IMG/VR virus record: IMGVR_UViG_3300023213_000338
Source: a virus
Taxonomy: Duplodnaviria; Heunggongvirae; Uroviricota; Caudoviricetes
Reading direction: 5' to 3' (one strand)
DNA: 35,862 nucleotides
Position numbers and translations under genes: made by a program. The notes under the pieces were generated by a model, which saw nothing but the letters and a program-made list of their open reading frames with translations, was not told where the DNA came from and ran no database searches. Below are positions 1 to 8,058 of this stretch, one piece after another (within the stretch, counting starts at the first letter, position 1; every line of letters begins with the position of its first letter).

Positions 1-75
1 GGAGCGCATGGAGTGCAGGGGGCGCAGGGAGCGCAAGGAACGCAGGGAGCGCATGGAGCGCATGGAGCGCAGGGG
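1..75 (+). repeat. Tandem 9-nt repeat (consensus GGAGCGCAN), 8 units, 5'-truncated by window edge
   Basis: Units ggagcgcat/ggagtgcag/ggggcgcag/ggagcgcaa/ggaacgcag/ggagcgcat/ggagcgcat/ggagcgcag at 1-72. They encode S-A-[W/G/R] repeats in frame 3. Confidence 0.9.
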
Positions 76-734
76 ATACATGTGTAGATTGGACTGCCCT
101 AGACGAAGATTTCTATTATTATATTTTTGAATTTGAGTATTGTAAAAATCCAGATAAAGAATATCCAATAAATAAAAATGATAAAAAATATCTTGAATAC
201 TCAGAACTTTTACTTAAGGCTTTAGAATATGGTTTAGGTTATCGAGTGGAATGGAAAAATACTTTATACTTAGTTTCAACTCCAATAATAAAAATAGATG
301 AACAAAATAGATTTCATTCATTAACAGAATCTGCTATTAGATGGAAAAGGGGAGCAGAGTTTTATTTTATTCATGGAGTAAATGTTAAAAACAAAAATAT
401 TGTTTTAAATCCTGAAAAACTTACAAAAGAAGATTGGGTAGGAGAAAAAAATGTAGAAGTAAGGCGTATAATCCAAGAACAAATGAAAGAAAGATTTGTT
501 ACAGAAATAGGAGGTAAAGTTTTAGGAAAACATAAAGATAAAAGAATTGGAGAGGTTATTGAGATAAACATCAGTCCAGATCCTGAAAAAATTGCTCACT
601 ATTTACACGCTCAAGATTGGTCAACTGAAAGAATGTATTTTTTAAGAATACCACCTACGATAACAGATCCTTTAGAGGCACAAAAATGGACTTACGATTG
701 GAGCGATTTTAATGATAAAATATTAAGAAGTTAA
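3..734 (+). CDS. Phage protein with SAW-type repeats and DUF6745-like C-terminal domain (5'-partial)
   Basis: Frame 3 is open from position 3 to TAA 734, so the ORF-track start at 246 is internal. Motifs RFHS..ESAIRW..G..YFIHGV, EKNVEVRR and YFLRIPP resemble DUF6745 phage proteins. Confidence 0.65.
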   Translation, partial: SAWSAGGAGSARNAGSAWSAWSAGDTCVDWTALDEDFYYYIFEFEYCKNPDKEYPINKNDKKYLEYSELLLKALEYGLGYRVEWKNTLYLVSTPIIKIDEQNRFHSLTESAIRWKRGAEFYFIHGVNVKNKNIVLNPEKLTKEDWVGEKNVEVRRIIQEQMKERFVTEIGGKVLGKHKDKRIGEVIEINISPDPEKIAHYLHAQDWSTERMYFLRIPPTITDPLEAQKWTYDWSDFNDKILRS

Positions 735-746
735 GGAGGTGAAAAC

Positions 747-1061
747 ATGTCAATTAATTTAGATAAGACCATTGGAATTCAGGGTGACATTAGAATAGTT
801 AAAATAGATAAATTGCCAGAAGGTTTAAAAAAGCGTAAAGATGGCACTTTAGTATATGGCGAAGCTACTGGACATAAACATTATTTAAAGGATGGCGATG
901 TTTATGAGTTAGGTTCACAATTATTTTTTCAAACTTATATTCCAACTTCAATTATTCATGAAGAACATAATCCAATACCAATTAGTGAGCCAGGGCTTTA
1001 TGAGATAAAAAGACAAAGGGAATATAAAAGCAAAGACATGATAGCATTGGTTATAGATTAA
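747..1061 (+). CDS. Conserved phage hypothetical protein (QGD...GEATGHKH type), usual partner of DUF6745 genes
   Basis: SD aaggaggtg upstream. Motifs IQGDI, YGEATGHKH, HEEH and YEIKRQREY. Confidence 0.7.
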   Translation: MSINLDKTIGIQGDIRIVKIDKLPEGLKKRKDGTLVYGEATGHKHYLKDGDVYELGSQLFFQTYIPTSIIHEEHNPIPISEPGLYEIKRQREYKSKDMIALVID

Positions 1062-1101
1062 TGATAAGTGGAAAGAAATAAAAAGAGAAAGGAGGTTTGT
1101 T

Positions 1102-1371
1102 ATGAAATATAAAATCGGGCAAACGGTTTACCAACCTTATTGGCGTGGAGAATCTCCTGAGATTGATGAAATTGTTATTAAGGAAATCAAAATAGACGAG
1201 AATGGAGTTTCTTACAACGATGGGAATAGTAATGAATTTATAGATGAGCAAAAACTTTTTTTTTCAAAAGATGAAGCTGTAAATTCTCTTCTCGTGCAAC
1301 AAGATAAAGTTAATAAAGAAACTATAGAAGGAATAAAAGCATTAAGCAAAAAAAGAGAAGAAGAAAAATAA
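1102..1371 (+). CDS. Hypothetical protein
   Basis: SD aaaggaggt upstream. 89-aa ORF beginning MKYKIGQTVY, typical of small phage proteins. Confidence 0.7.
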   Translation: MKYKIGQTVYQPYWRGESPEIDEIVIKEIKIDENGVSYNDGNSNEFIDEQKLFFSKDEAVNSLLVQQDKVNKETIEGIKALSKKREEEK

Positions 1372-1376
1372 AGATA

Positions 1377-1478
1377 GGGGGAGTGGCGAAATAGGTAGGG
1401 GCAGTTTTTCATAAGACTCTGGTGGCTTACAAGGGAGGGGCTTTGTAAGCATGTAAGGTGCAAATCCTTACCTCCCAA
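1377..1478 (+). ncRNA. Degenerate tRNA-like element with long variable arm
   Basis: 5' GGGGGAG-TG-GCGAAATAGGTAG (D-arm-like). T-arm GTAAGG-TGCAAAT-CCTTAC (1453-1471). 3' CTCCCA can pair with the 5' GGGAG. 8-bp arm GCTTACAA/TTGTAAGC. Imperfect anticodon arm around TTTTTCATAA. The cloverleaf is non-canonical. Confidence 0.5.
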
Positions 1479-1488
1479 AAAAAATATT

Positions 1489-2574
1489 GTGTCTAAAATA
1501 TTATTAAGTAAACTTAGATATATTGATCTGTTTGCGGGAATAGGTGGTTTTAGTTTAGCTCTAAATAGATTGGGACATGAGTGCGTTTATGCAAATGAGT
1601 GGGATAAATATGCGACACAAACCTATGAAAAAAACTTTGGACACAAACCAGATACAAGAGATATCCGAACAGTTGATGCTTCCGAAATTCCAGACCACGA
1701 TCTCTTATGCGGAGGTTTCCCATGCCAATCTTTCTCGATTGCTGGAAAGCGTAAAGGATTTGACGATACAAGAGGTACACTTTTTTTTGATATCGCAAGG
1801 ATTGTTAAAGAAAAGAAACCACGATATATTCTACTTGAAAATGTCAAGGGATTGTTATCTCACGACAAAGGACGAACTTTTAAAATCATATTGTCCACCT
1901 TTACAGAACTTGGTTATGACTTGCAAACAATGGTACTTAACAGCAAGAATTTCGGAGTTCCCCAGAATAGGGAAAGAGTGTTCATTGTCGGACATATTAG
2001 AGGAACAAGTCGACCCAAAGTATTTCCTATCATCCCAAGCAGTCAAGGTTATCTTAAATACTCAGGGGCAGTTATTTCAGCTAGACAAAAATGGCTTGAA
2101 GATGGAAAAAATAATTCAAGAAACTTTAGCCAAGGGCAACGAATCTACGCAGTAAGCGGAATTAGCCAAACCCTTGCTGGAAACGCGGGAGGACAAGGCG
2201 GAAAGACAGGATTATATGAAATAAAACAACCATTTGTAGCTATGCAATGGAGGAGGACTGAAAAAGGCAAAGCATTTAGAAGAGAGGCTCAAAAAAAAGG
2301 AAGGGATTTAACTCCATTTAATGATGGGCATAGAGAGTTAGTTCCAAATCCTACAAAGCCAGTTATAGGCACAATTACAAGTCAGGCTATAGCAAAAGAC
2401 TCATTATTGGGGGATGGATTTAGAATCAGGCGACTTACACCAATAGAATGTGAAAGATTACAAGGCTTTCCAGACAATTTTACGCAAGGAGTTTCTGATA
2501 CACAAAGATATAGACAACTTGGAAATGCTGTAACTGTTTCAGTGGTATATGAAATCGCCAAAAGATTGAAATGA
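1489..2574 (+). CDS. dcm: DNA (cytosine-5)-methyltransferase, orphan
   Basis: GTG start. Motif I DLFAGIGG, catalytic GFPCQSFS, ENV, QNRERVF, and C-terminal RLQGFPD / YRQLGNAV. No adjacent restriction endonuclease. Confidence 0.95.
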   Translation: MSKILLSKLRYIDLFAGIGGFSLALNRLGHECVYANEWDKYATQTYEKNFGHKPDTRDIRTVDASEIPDHDLLCGGFPCQSFSIAGKRKGFDDTRGTLFFDIARIVKEKKPRYILLENVKGLLSHDKGRTFKIILSTFTELGYDLQTMVLNSKNFGVPQNRERVFIVGHIRGTSRPKVFPIIPSSQGYLKYSGAVISARQKWLEDGKNNSRNFSQGQRIYAVSGISQTLAGNAGGQGGKTGLYEIKQPFVAMQWRRTEKGKAFRREAQKKGRDLTPFNDGHRELVPNPTKPVIGTITSQAIAKDSLLGDGFRIRRLTPIECERLQGFPDNFTQGVSDTQRYRQLGNAVTVSVVYEIAKRLK

Positions 2575-2867
2575 GAACCAGAAGCTTTAAGATTCGTATC
2601 CCCTTTGTCAAAGTTAAAGGGAATCGTTTTGGGAAAAAGTATCCTTTACAAATAGTTATTAAGTTGGAAGATGCAGAACACGATGAAGTCTGGGAAGAAA
2701 TTAATAAAATTAGAGCAGAGAAAGAAGCTGTGTAACTGGAAGTAAAAGAGAAGATTTTAAGGAAGAAGATCCAATCAGGATTGCGTAGGTGTTCAGGGCA
2801 TAAAAAAGGATATCCGATATATTCCAGCGATGGTCAATGCAGTATTTGTAAAGGATTTAGGTATTGA
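2571..2867 (+). pseudogene. Small ORF (54 aa) whose frame continues past TAA 2733-2735 for 43 codons into a Cys/His motif
   Basis: ATG 2571 overlaps the dcm stop. Reads ...IRAEKEAV*LEVKEKILRKKIQSGLRRCSGHK...CSICKGFRY* with no start or SD for the second half. Confidence 0.4.
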
Positions 2868-2891
2868 CATTATATATATCAGATATATAAT
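2864..2891 (+). promoter_or_regulatory. sigma70-type promoter
   Basis: TTGACA (2864-2869), 16 nt, TATAAT (2886-2891). ATG at 2901 with no SD. Confidence 0.7.
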
Positions 2892-2900
2892 GGAATAAAT

Positions 2901-3398
2901 ATGATGTCTGGATCGATTGGAAGCTCAGGAGCTTATAGTAGCGAATATCCGCCTTCAAATTTTATACCCCCACCTGATTATATTTCTTCTTCTCCCTTAA
3001 CCGATGCCCAAATTTATGAAAGAATAATTAAAAAGGCTGTTTCGTTAGGGTGGGATAATAAAACTTTTGAGTGGGAGAAATTAAAGCCAGAAGATTTTGA
3101 ATACCAAGTTAGTTCTAAAATTGCATATCGCTTTATTTACGATCATGATTTTGCTAAGGCGATTTGGCTAGAAGAAGCTTCTTCAAAACGACCATTAGCA
3201 GGCCATATTCCTGCTCCAATGATTTCAGTTCCTCATGCAATTTTCTCACCTGTTGCTCCATTTTCGACAGCAATGCCTATTACTCCTGTTCCTTATACTT
3301 CTACTCCAAGCGGATCGCCTATGCCTGAATATAAAATTAATCTTTCCCAAATGGTTGCGCTAGAAAATCCATATTTATTTTTACAAGACTACATATGA
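2901..3398 (+). CDS. Conserved phage hypothetical protein with Ser/Pro-rich insertions
   Basis: 165-aa ORF. The motifs IYDHDFAKAIW and LSQMVALENPYLFL recur in small phage proteins. Confidence 0.6.
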   Translation: MMSGSIGSSGAYSSEYPPSNFIPPPDYISSSPLTDAQIYERIIKKAVSLGWDNKTFEWEKLKPEDFEYQVSSKIAYRFIYDHDFAKAIWLEEASSKRPLAGHIPAPMISVPHAIFSPVAPFSTAMPITPVPYTSTPSGSPMPEYKINLSQMVALENPYLFLQDYI

Positions 3399-3658
3399 AA
3401 AAAAGAGATATATCAAATGATAATGAAATTAAAATGTATTTACATTGCGTTTTATGTTTAAAGGAGCTTGAAAAAGGCGATGTAGAATCTTCTCCTTCTT
3501 TTTATCAGGAGATTGAGGTCGGATGGACAAGATGGGGAATTCAAATATGGTGCAAAAGGCATAATGTTAATATAATTCATATTGATTTTGAGGAGAAGAA
3601 ACATCCTGCAAATGTTACTAGAAAAGCTTTCCAAAAGAAAGGAAAATTAACTAACTAA
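3395..3658 (+). CDS. Hypothetical Cys/His-containing phage protein
   Basis: ATGA overlap with upstream gene. Motifs HCVLC and WCKRH. Confidence 0.7.
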   Translation: MKKRDISNDNEIKMYLHCVLCLKELEKGDVESSPSFYQEIEVGWTRWGIQIWCKRHNVNIIHIDFEEKKHPANVTRKAFQKKGKLTN

Positions 3659-3662
3659 TTTT

Positions 3663-4280
3663 ATGAAAACTATTGTAAATTTACCCGATAAATATTATCA
3701 AAAGATTTTAGCCTATGCCGAGGAAGAGGGTTATGGAAGCGTAGAAGAATTTATTGCAGAACTGGCACGTCAATATATAAGGTCTGCCCCAGTGCAAAAG
3801 GCATCTATTTCTCCAGTTACTCAACAATCAATTGTTAGTACTCCTGATCCAAATCTCATTCCTTTAACTCCAGAACTTGAAACATTACTTAATAAAGCAA
3901 AACAGGAGTATCAATCGATTACTCCTTCTAAATCAGAACCTCCTTTAGAATTTCCAACCGATAACCCTCATGAACACGAAGAAGTTGAAACCGAACCCTC
4001 AGTTTCTCTTCCTTCCGTAACTCCTCCTCTGATTCGGAAAAAAAAAGGAGGAAAAGATTTACAGGCTGATGAAGATAGTATATATAAAAATCTCGGAGGT
4101 AAATGTCAAATTGCACAAATTTTTAATGGAGTTATTCCGTGTTTGTCGGTGGCTTCGAAATCATATAGTATTGCAAATGCAACTGTTAAAAACCCAAGCC
4201 CTAATGATTTTAAAAGAGTACATTTATGCGAGATTCATTCACAAGGTTTACTCCAAAGTCAGGCATACTTAATTAAATGA
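3663..4280 (+). CDS. Protein with N-terminal ribbon-helix-helix-like domain, Pro/Ser-rich linker and C-terminal Cys motif
   Basis: N-terminal beta strand KTIVNLP followed by two predicted helices (SVEEFIAELARQYI). C-terminal C..C / LCEIH. Confidence 0.5.
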   Translation: MKTIVNLPDKYYQKILAYAEEEGYGSVEEFIAELARQYIRSAPVQKASISPVTQQSIVSTPDPNLIPLTPELETLLNKAKQEYQSITPSKSEPPLEFPTDNPHEHEEVETEPSVSLPSVTPPLIRKKKGGKDLQADEDSIYKNLGGKCQIAQIFNGVIPCLSVASKSYSIANATVKNPSPNDFKRVHLCEIHSQGLLQSQAYLIK

Positions 4281-4855
4281 AACGATTCGTCTTTACTCCC
4301 ACTATTCAACATGCAATAACTTTTGCAGCTCTTGCCCATGGAGATCAAGAAAGAAAACAAGGAGATATACCATATATAACACATCCCCTAGCTGTTGCTA
4401 TGATACTTGCTACTATAACAGAAGATCAGGATATTATAGTTGCGGGCATACTTCATGATGTCTTAGAAGATACTCCTTATCTACCAGAGAGTATAGAGGA
4501 TTCGTTTGGAATTAGGGTGCTTAGATTTGTAGAGGCTGTGACGGACGAAAAGAGGGGAATAAATACTTGGATAGAGAGAAAAAGAAATTCTATCAAAAAA
4601 ATTCTCGAATCGGGACACGAAGCAATTCTTATTAAGTCGGCTGATTGTATTCATAATATGACGGATACTATTATATATTTAAACGGAACAATCCCTACTC
4701 CTTTATTTAAGTTTCCAAGGTTTACAAAAAATGGAGAGGATCGGTTGGTGAGGTATAAAGAAATAATAGTATCTTTTGAAAATTCTTGGCCACAGAATCC
4801 TCTTAAGTCTCAGCTCGAAAGAGCATATACAGATCTCTCTCGTGTATGGAGTTAG
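4277..4855 (+). CDS. HD-domain protein of the RelA/SpoT hydrolase family (small alarmone hydrolase / Mesh1-like)
   Basis: AH..Q.RK....PYITHP, AGILHDVLEDT (HDxxEDT signature), VTDEK and IKSADCIHN. No synthetase domain. Confidence 0.85.
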   Translation: MKRFVFTPTIQHAITFAALAHGDQERKQGDIPYITHPLAVAMILATITEDQDIIVAGILHDVLEDTPYLPESIEDSFGIRVLRFVEAVTDEKRGINTWIERKRNSIKKILESGHEAILIKSADCIHNMTDTIIYLNGTIPTPLFKFPRFTKNGEDRLVRYKEIIVSFENSWPQNPLKSQLERAYTDLSRVWS

Positions 4856-4857
4856 GA

Positions 4858-4887
4858 TTGACAAAATATATATAGGAGGTCTACACT
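4858..4887 (+). promoter_or_regulatory. sigma70-type promoter
   Basis: TTGACA (4858-4863), 18 nt, TACACT (4882-4887). ATG at 4901. Confidence 0.55.
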
Positions 4888-4900
4888 ACGATTATATAAT

Positions 4901-5071
4901 ATGTCAAAAATAATTTTTACCCTCCCAAAGGATTTACATGAAGACTTAGATAAATACTGCAAAACTCACAGCTACAATCGCTCCGAATTTATCCGCTATG
5001 CAATAAGACAATTTATTTATTCCATAGAGGAGAGAAACAAACAAAACATTCAGCAACAAACACAATCTTAA
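4901..5071 (+). CDS. Ribbon-helix-helix (CopG/Arc/MetJ-like) DNA-binding protein, 56 aa; absent from ORF track
   Basis: MSKIIFTLPKDLHEDLDKYCKTHSYNRSEFIRYAIRQFIY matches the RHH pattern (strand, helix, xRSExIRxAI helix). Confidence 0.8.
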   Translation: MSKIIFTLPKDLHEDLDKYCKTHSYNRSEFIRYAIRQFIYSIEERNKQNIQQQTQS

Positions 5072-5072
5072 T

Positions 5073-5462
5073 ATGAAATGGTCTTTATTTAAAGAAACTC
5101 CTCAACCAGAAGATGAGGAGATTAAAGATATTGATATAGTAAAGGAGGAGACTCATGTGCACGATTGGAGACTTATTGCAAAAACTTACGGAGTTCCTAG
5201 GCGTGATATCGGTTATACTAATAATCATTCTTTTAGCGAGGGAATAATCCAAAGAACACTATTTGGAGTTACAACTTTGGTTTGGGAGTGCGTTATTTGT
5301 AGAATAATTAGAAAAGAAGAGCTATTAGGGAGCGAAGGGAATAGGTTAGACGATATTTTAGATCAAGTGGAATCTAGGGGAGTTCCTCAATATGTTCAAA
5401 GGTCAGGAATAACTTTTGTTATAGGTAGATATCAACAGCAAGACATGATACCTTTAAAATAA
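5073..5462 (+). CDS. Hypothetical protein
   Basis: 129-aa ORF with HVHDW and CVIC motifs. Stop overlaps the next start. Confidence 0.65.
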   Translation: MKWSLFKETPQPEDEEIKDIDIVKEETHVHDWRLIAKTYGVPRRDIGYTNNHSFSEGIIQRTLFGVTTLVWECVICRIIRKEELLGSEGNRLDDILDQVESRGVPQYVQRSGITFVIGRYQQQDMIPLK

Positions 5463-6058
5463 TGGCAGACGAACTCGTATCAATACCCTCTATTTCTATA
5501 GAACCACAGACTAAAAATAAGCCGAAAATTGAGGCTAAAAAGAGAAGGCGTTATGGAAAATTAAGACTAACTTCTAGTGGGGCAATTAAACAAACAACTC
5601 GTTTGGATTTATTTTTAGAAGAGTTTTTGAAAAATGGAGGAAACGGAACAAAAGCTGCAATGACAGTATTTGGTTATACAAATAAAATGACAGCGGCAAC
5701 TGTCTCGGCTAAATATTTGAAAAAAGCTAGAAGTATTTCTCGTTTATATATGGAGCAAAAGGGTTATACATGGGGAAGGCTTCTTGAAATTATTGTCCAT
5801 AAGATTGAAGAGAGTAAGACTCCAGAATTTTTAGATCGCTTCTTAAGAATTGTTGGATATGGGGAAATGATAGAGGAGAATAAAAAGGCATCTCCTACTA
5901 GCGGAAATATTATCAACATAATTCAAACAGAGAAAGGAATTTTAAGTAAATATACGGACGAGGAGATCGAGGACGTAGAACCGTTGCCTCTAGATGTAAT
6001 TGCCGAAAATAACAAAGAGGAGGAAAACAAGAAACAGGGAAAGGCTGAGAGTGATTGA
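5462..6058 (+). CDS. terS: Terminase small subunit
   Basis: HTH-like FLEEFLKNGGNGTKAAMTVFGY...AATVSAKYL. Lies immediately upstream of and overlaps terL. Confidence 0.75.
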   Translation: MADELVSIPSISIEPQTKNKPKIEAKKRRRYGKLRLTSSGAIKQTTRLDLFLEEFLKNGGNGTKAAMTVFGYTNKMTAATVSAKYLKKARSISRLYMEQKGYTWGRLLEIIVHKIEESKTPEFLDRFLRIVGYGEMIEENKKASPTSGNIINIIQTEKGILSKYTDEEIEDVEPLPLDVIAENNKEEENKKQGKAESD

Positions 6059-8057
6059 TTATAAGGGTTTTATTGAAGACAACTTTTTAATACTTGATTA
6101 TCAAAGTCAGCAACCAGTTCCTTTTAAATTTAAACCAGTTCAAGAAAAATATTATAAAGTTCTTAAAAATGAGTATGGAGACTTAAATGGAACAAGAGAA
6201 ATTTTATTAAAAGCACGTCAAGAAGGATTCTCTTCTTTTATTCTTGCTTTATTTACAGTTGATTTTATTTTTATTCCTTACTCCGTTTCGATTTGTATAT
6301 CTCATAGAAAAGACGCTACGGAATTGCTTTTTAAAAAAGTTAAGTTTTATTTAGAGTCTTATTGTCAGAAGAATGGTATGGATATTAAAGATTATCTTAT
6401 TACAGATAATAAAGGGATTATAGAAAGTCGGCATAAGCATTCTATCTTTTATATTGCAACTGCTGGAGCTAAGGTTGGGGGTAGAGGAGCGAGCGTGCGT
6501 AACATTCATTTTTCGGAATGTTTCGCAGGAGATCAATTAGTTATATTGCAAGATGGATTTATTAAAAAAATAAAAGATTTAAAGGAAGGAGATCCTATTG
6601 TTTTGGGTAATGGAAAGGTGGGTAATATTATCCAATTGCAAAAGAAAAAATCTTCTTCACCGATGAAACGAATCTCCTGTTATGGAAATACTCATTTCCC
6701 AATTGAATGCACAAACGATCATTTAATTTTATGTAGTGACAAAGAAGAAAAAATGCAAATTGGATCTGATGGAAAAATTAAACACAGAAGTTCTACTTTT
6801 GCAAAACCAATTTGGAAAAAGGCAGGCGAGGTTGAAGTAGGAGATTACGTTGCTTTTCCTTCAAATTTAATTAGATCTGATGTTAGGAAAAAATACATTG
6901 ATGGAATTTTAATAACGCCAGAATTATCCGAATTAATTGGATGGTATTTAGCAGAAGGATCATTAAATAAGGGAAGAATTGATTTGTCAATTCATCAAAA
7001 TGAGTTTCCTTTACTTAAAAATTTAATAGAGAAATTAAAATTTTCTTATTCTATTTATCATAGAAAAAGTGATGGGAAAGGATTAGTAATAGCTATATTT
7101 AGTTCAAAATTAGCCTTAATAATTGAAAAATATTTTGGTAGAGTTGACTTTAAAAAAATTCCTGAATTTTTTAGAGATACAAATAAAGAGAATGTTCAGT
7201 CTTTAATAAGAGGGTTAGTTAAAGGGGATGGTGCTTTTTATCCTGATAAAATTGTATATGTTAGCAGTCGGCCTCAATTAGCAATTCAATTGAAACGATT
7301 ACTAATTGATTTAAAAATTGCATATCCTACTATTGAAAAGCATAAACCTCTTCGGGGTAGTATTAATTATTTTGGTAATCCAATTATAGGTAAAAAAGAT
7401 ATATGGCATCTTATTATTTCTGGAGATTCAGTTAGGAAATTTCATAATGAGATTTTAGGAGAAAATATTAAGAAGAAAGCTCACAAATTAAATAGACGAT
7501 GGAAAGCTTCGTCAAATTATTATTGGATGCGAGTAGCTTCTGTAAAAGATATTCCAAAAGAAGAATTTGTTTATGATGTTGTTCTTGATCAAGAGCCTCA
7601 CTCATTTTGTGTTATTTCAGGAATAGTACATAATTGTGCTTTTTATATGGATACCGAAATTATTACAGCTTCAGAAATTGTAGAAGCTACTGCTCAGCAA
7701 GTTCCTCCAAGTAAAGGTATGATTTTCATCGAGTCCACCGCGAATGGGGTCGACAATTTTTATCAAAAGGAATGGGAGCGTGCTCAGAATTTTGATAAAA
7801 ATGGGAAACGATTAAGTACATATCATCCTCGTTTTTTTGGCTGGCAAGAATTCTATTCCAAAGAATGGGTAGAGAAGAAAAGAGGCGATTTTTCGAGCGA
7901 GGCGAAGTGGTTACAAGAATATCCTGGCGATCCAAATCAAGCCTTTATAGCTTCTGGTACTCCTTTCTTTGACAACCTTATTTTGGAAGAGATGAAAAAA
8001 AATGCACCTGAGATTTTACAATCTGGGAGATTAGCTCCCGATGGAAATTGGATTTAA
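6051..8057 (+). CDS. terL: Terminase large subunit, ATPase part (intein-containing)
   Basis: Probable GTG start at 6051 overlapping the terS stop. Q-motif FKPVQ, Walker A LKARQEGFSS, GRG motif, Walker B IHFSE-CAF after intein removal, coupling motif IESTANG, QEYP...AFIASG. Ends before the nuclease domain. Confidence 0.9.
   Translation: MIDYKGFIEDNFLILDYQSQQPVPFKFKPVQEKYYKVLKNEYGDLNGTREILLKARQEGFSSFILALFTVDFIFIPYSVSICISHRKDATELLFKKVKFYLESYCQKNGMDIKDYLITDNKGIIESRHKHSIFYIATAGAKVGGRGASVRNIHFSECFAGDQLVILQDGFIKKIKDLKEGDPIVLGNGKVGNIIQLQKKKSSSPMKRISCYGNTHFPIECTNDHLILCSDKEEKMQIGSDGKIKHRSSTFAKPIWKKAGEVEVGDYVAFPSNLIRSDVRKKYIDGILITPELSELIGWYLAEGSLNKGRIDLSIHQNEFPLLKNLIEKLKFSYSIYHRKSDGKGLVIAIFSSKLALIIEKYFGRVDFKKIPEFFRDTNKENVQSLIRGLVKGDGAFYPDKIVYVSSRPQLAIQLKRLLIDLKIAYPTIEKHKPLRGSINYFGNPIIGKKDIWHLIISGDSVRKFHNEILGENIKKKAHKLNRRWKASSNYYWMRVASVKDIPKEEFVYDVVLDQEPHSFCVISGIVHNCAFYMDTEIITASEIVEATAQQVPPSKGMIFIESTANGVDNFYQKEWERAQNFDKNGKRLSTYHPRFFGWQEFYSKEWVEKKRGDFSSEAKWLQEYPGDPNQAFIASGTPFFDNLILEEMKKNAPEILQSGRLAPDGNWI
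6519..7634 (+). mobile_element. Intein (372 aa) with LAGLIDADG homing endonuclease
   Basis: Begins CFAGDQLV (block A) and contains ECTNDH (block B). LAGLIDADG-like LIGWYLAEGS and LIRGLVKGDG. Ends VYDVVL...HSF...IVHN, followed by +1 Cys (TGT 7635-7637). Confidence 0.95.
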
Positions 8058-8058
8058 T

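Noticed and set aside
1-75. CRISPR array or DGR variable repeat
   Set aside because: Units are 9 nt, contiguous and coding, with no spacers. No reverse transcriptase or template repeat is in the window.
1577-2155. 192-aa alternative-frame ORF inside the methyltransferase
   Set aside because: Fully overlaps a well-supported dcm gene, with no SD or recognisable motif.
6000-6050. ORF-track N-terminal extensions (6000, 14558, 15425, 21748, 24263, 28132, 34668)
   Set aside because: Better starts exist from SD position, coupling or splicing: 6051, 14603, spliced 14498, 21754, 24347, 28183 and 34683.
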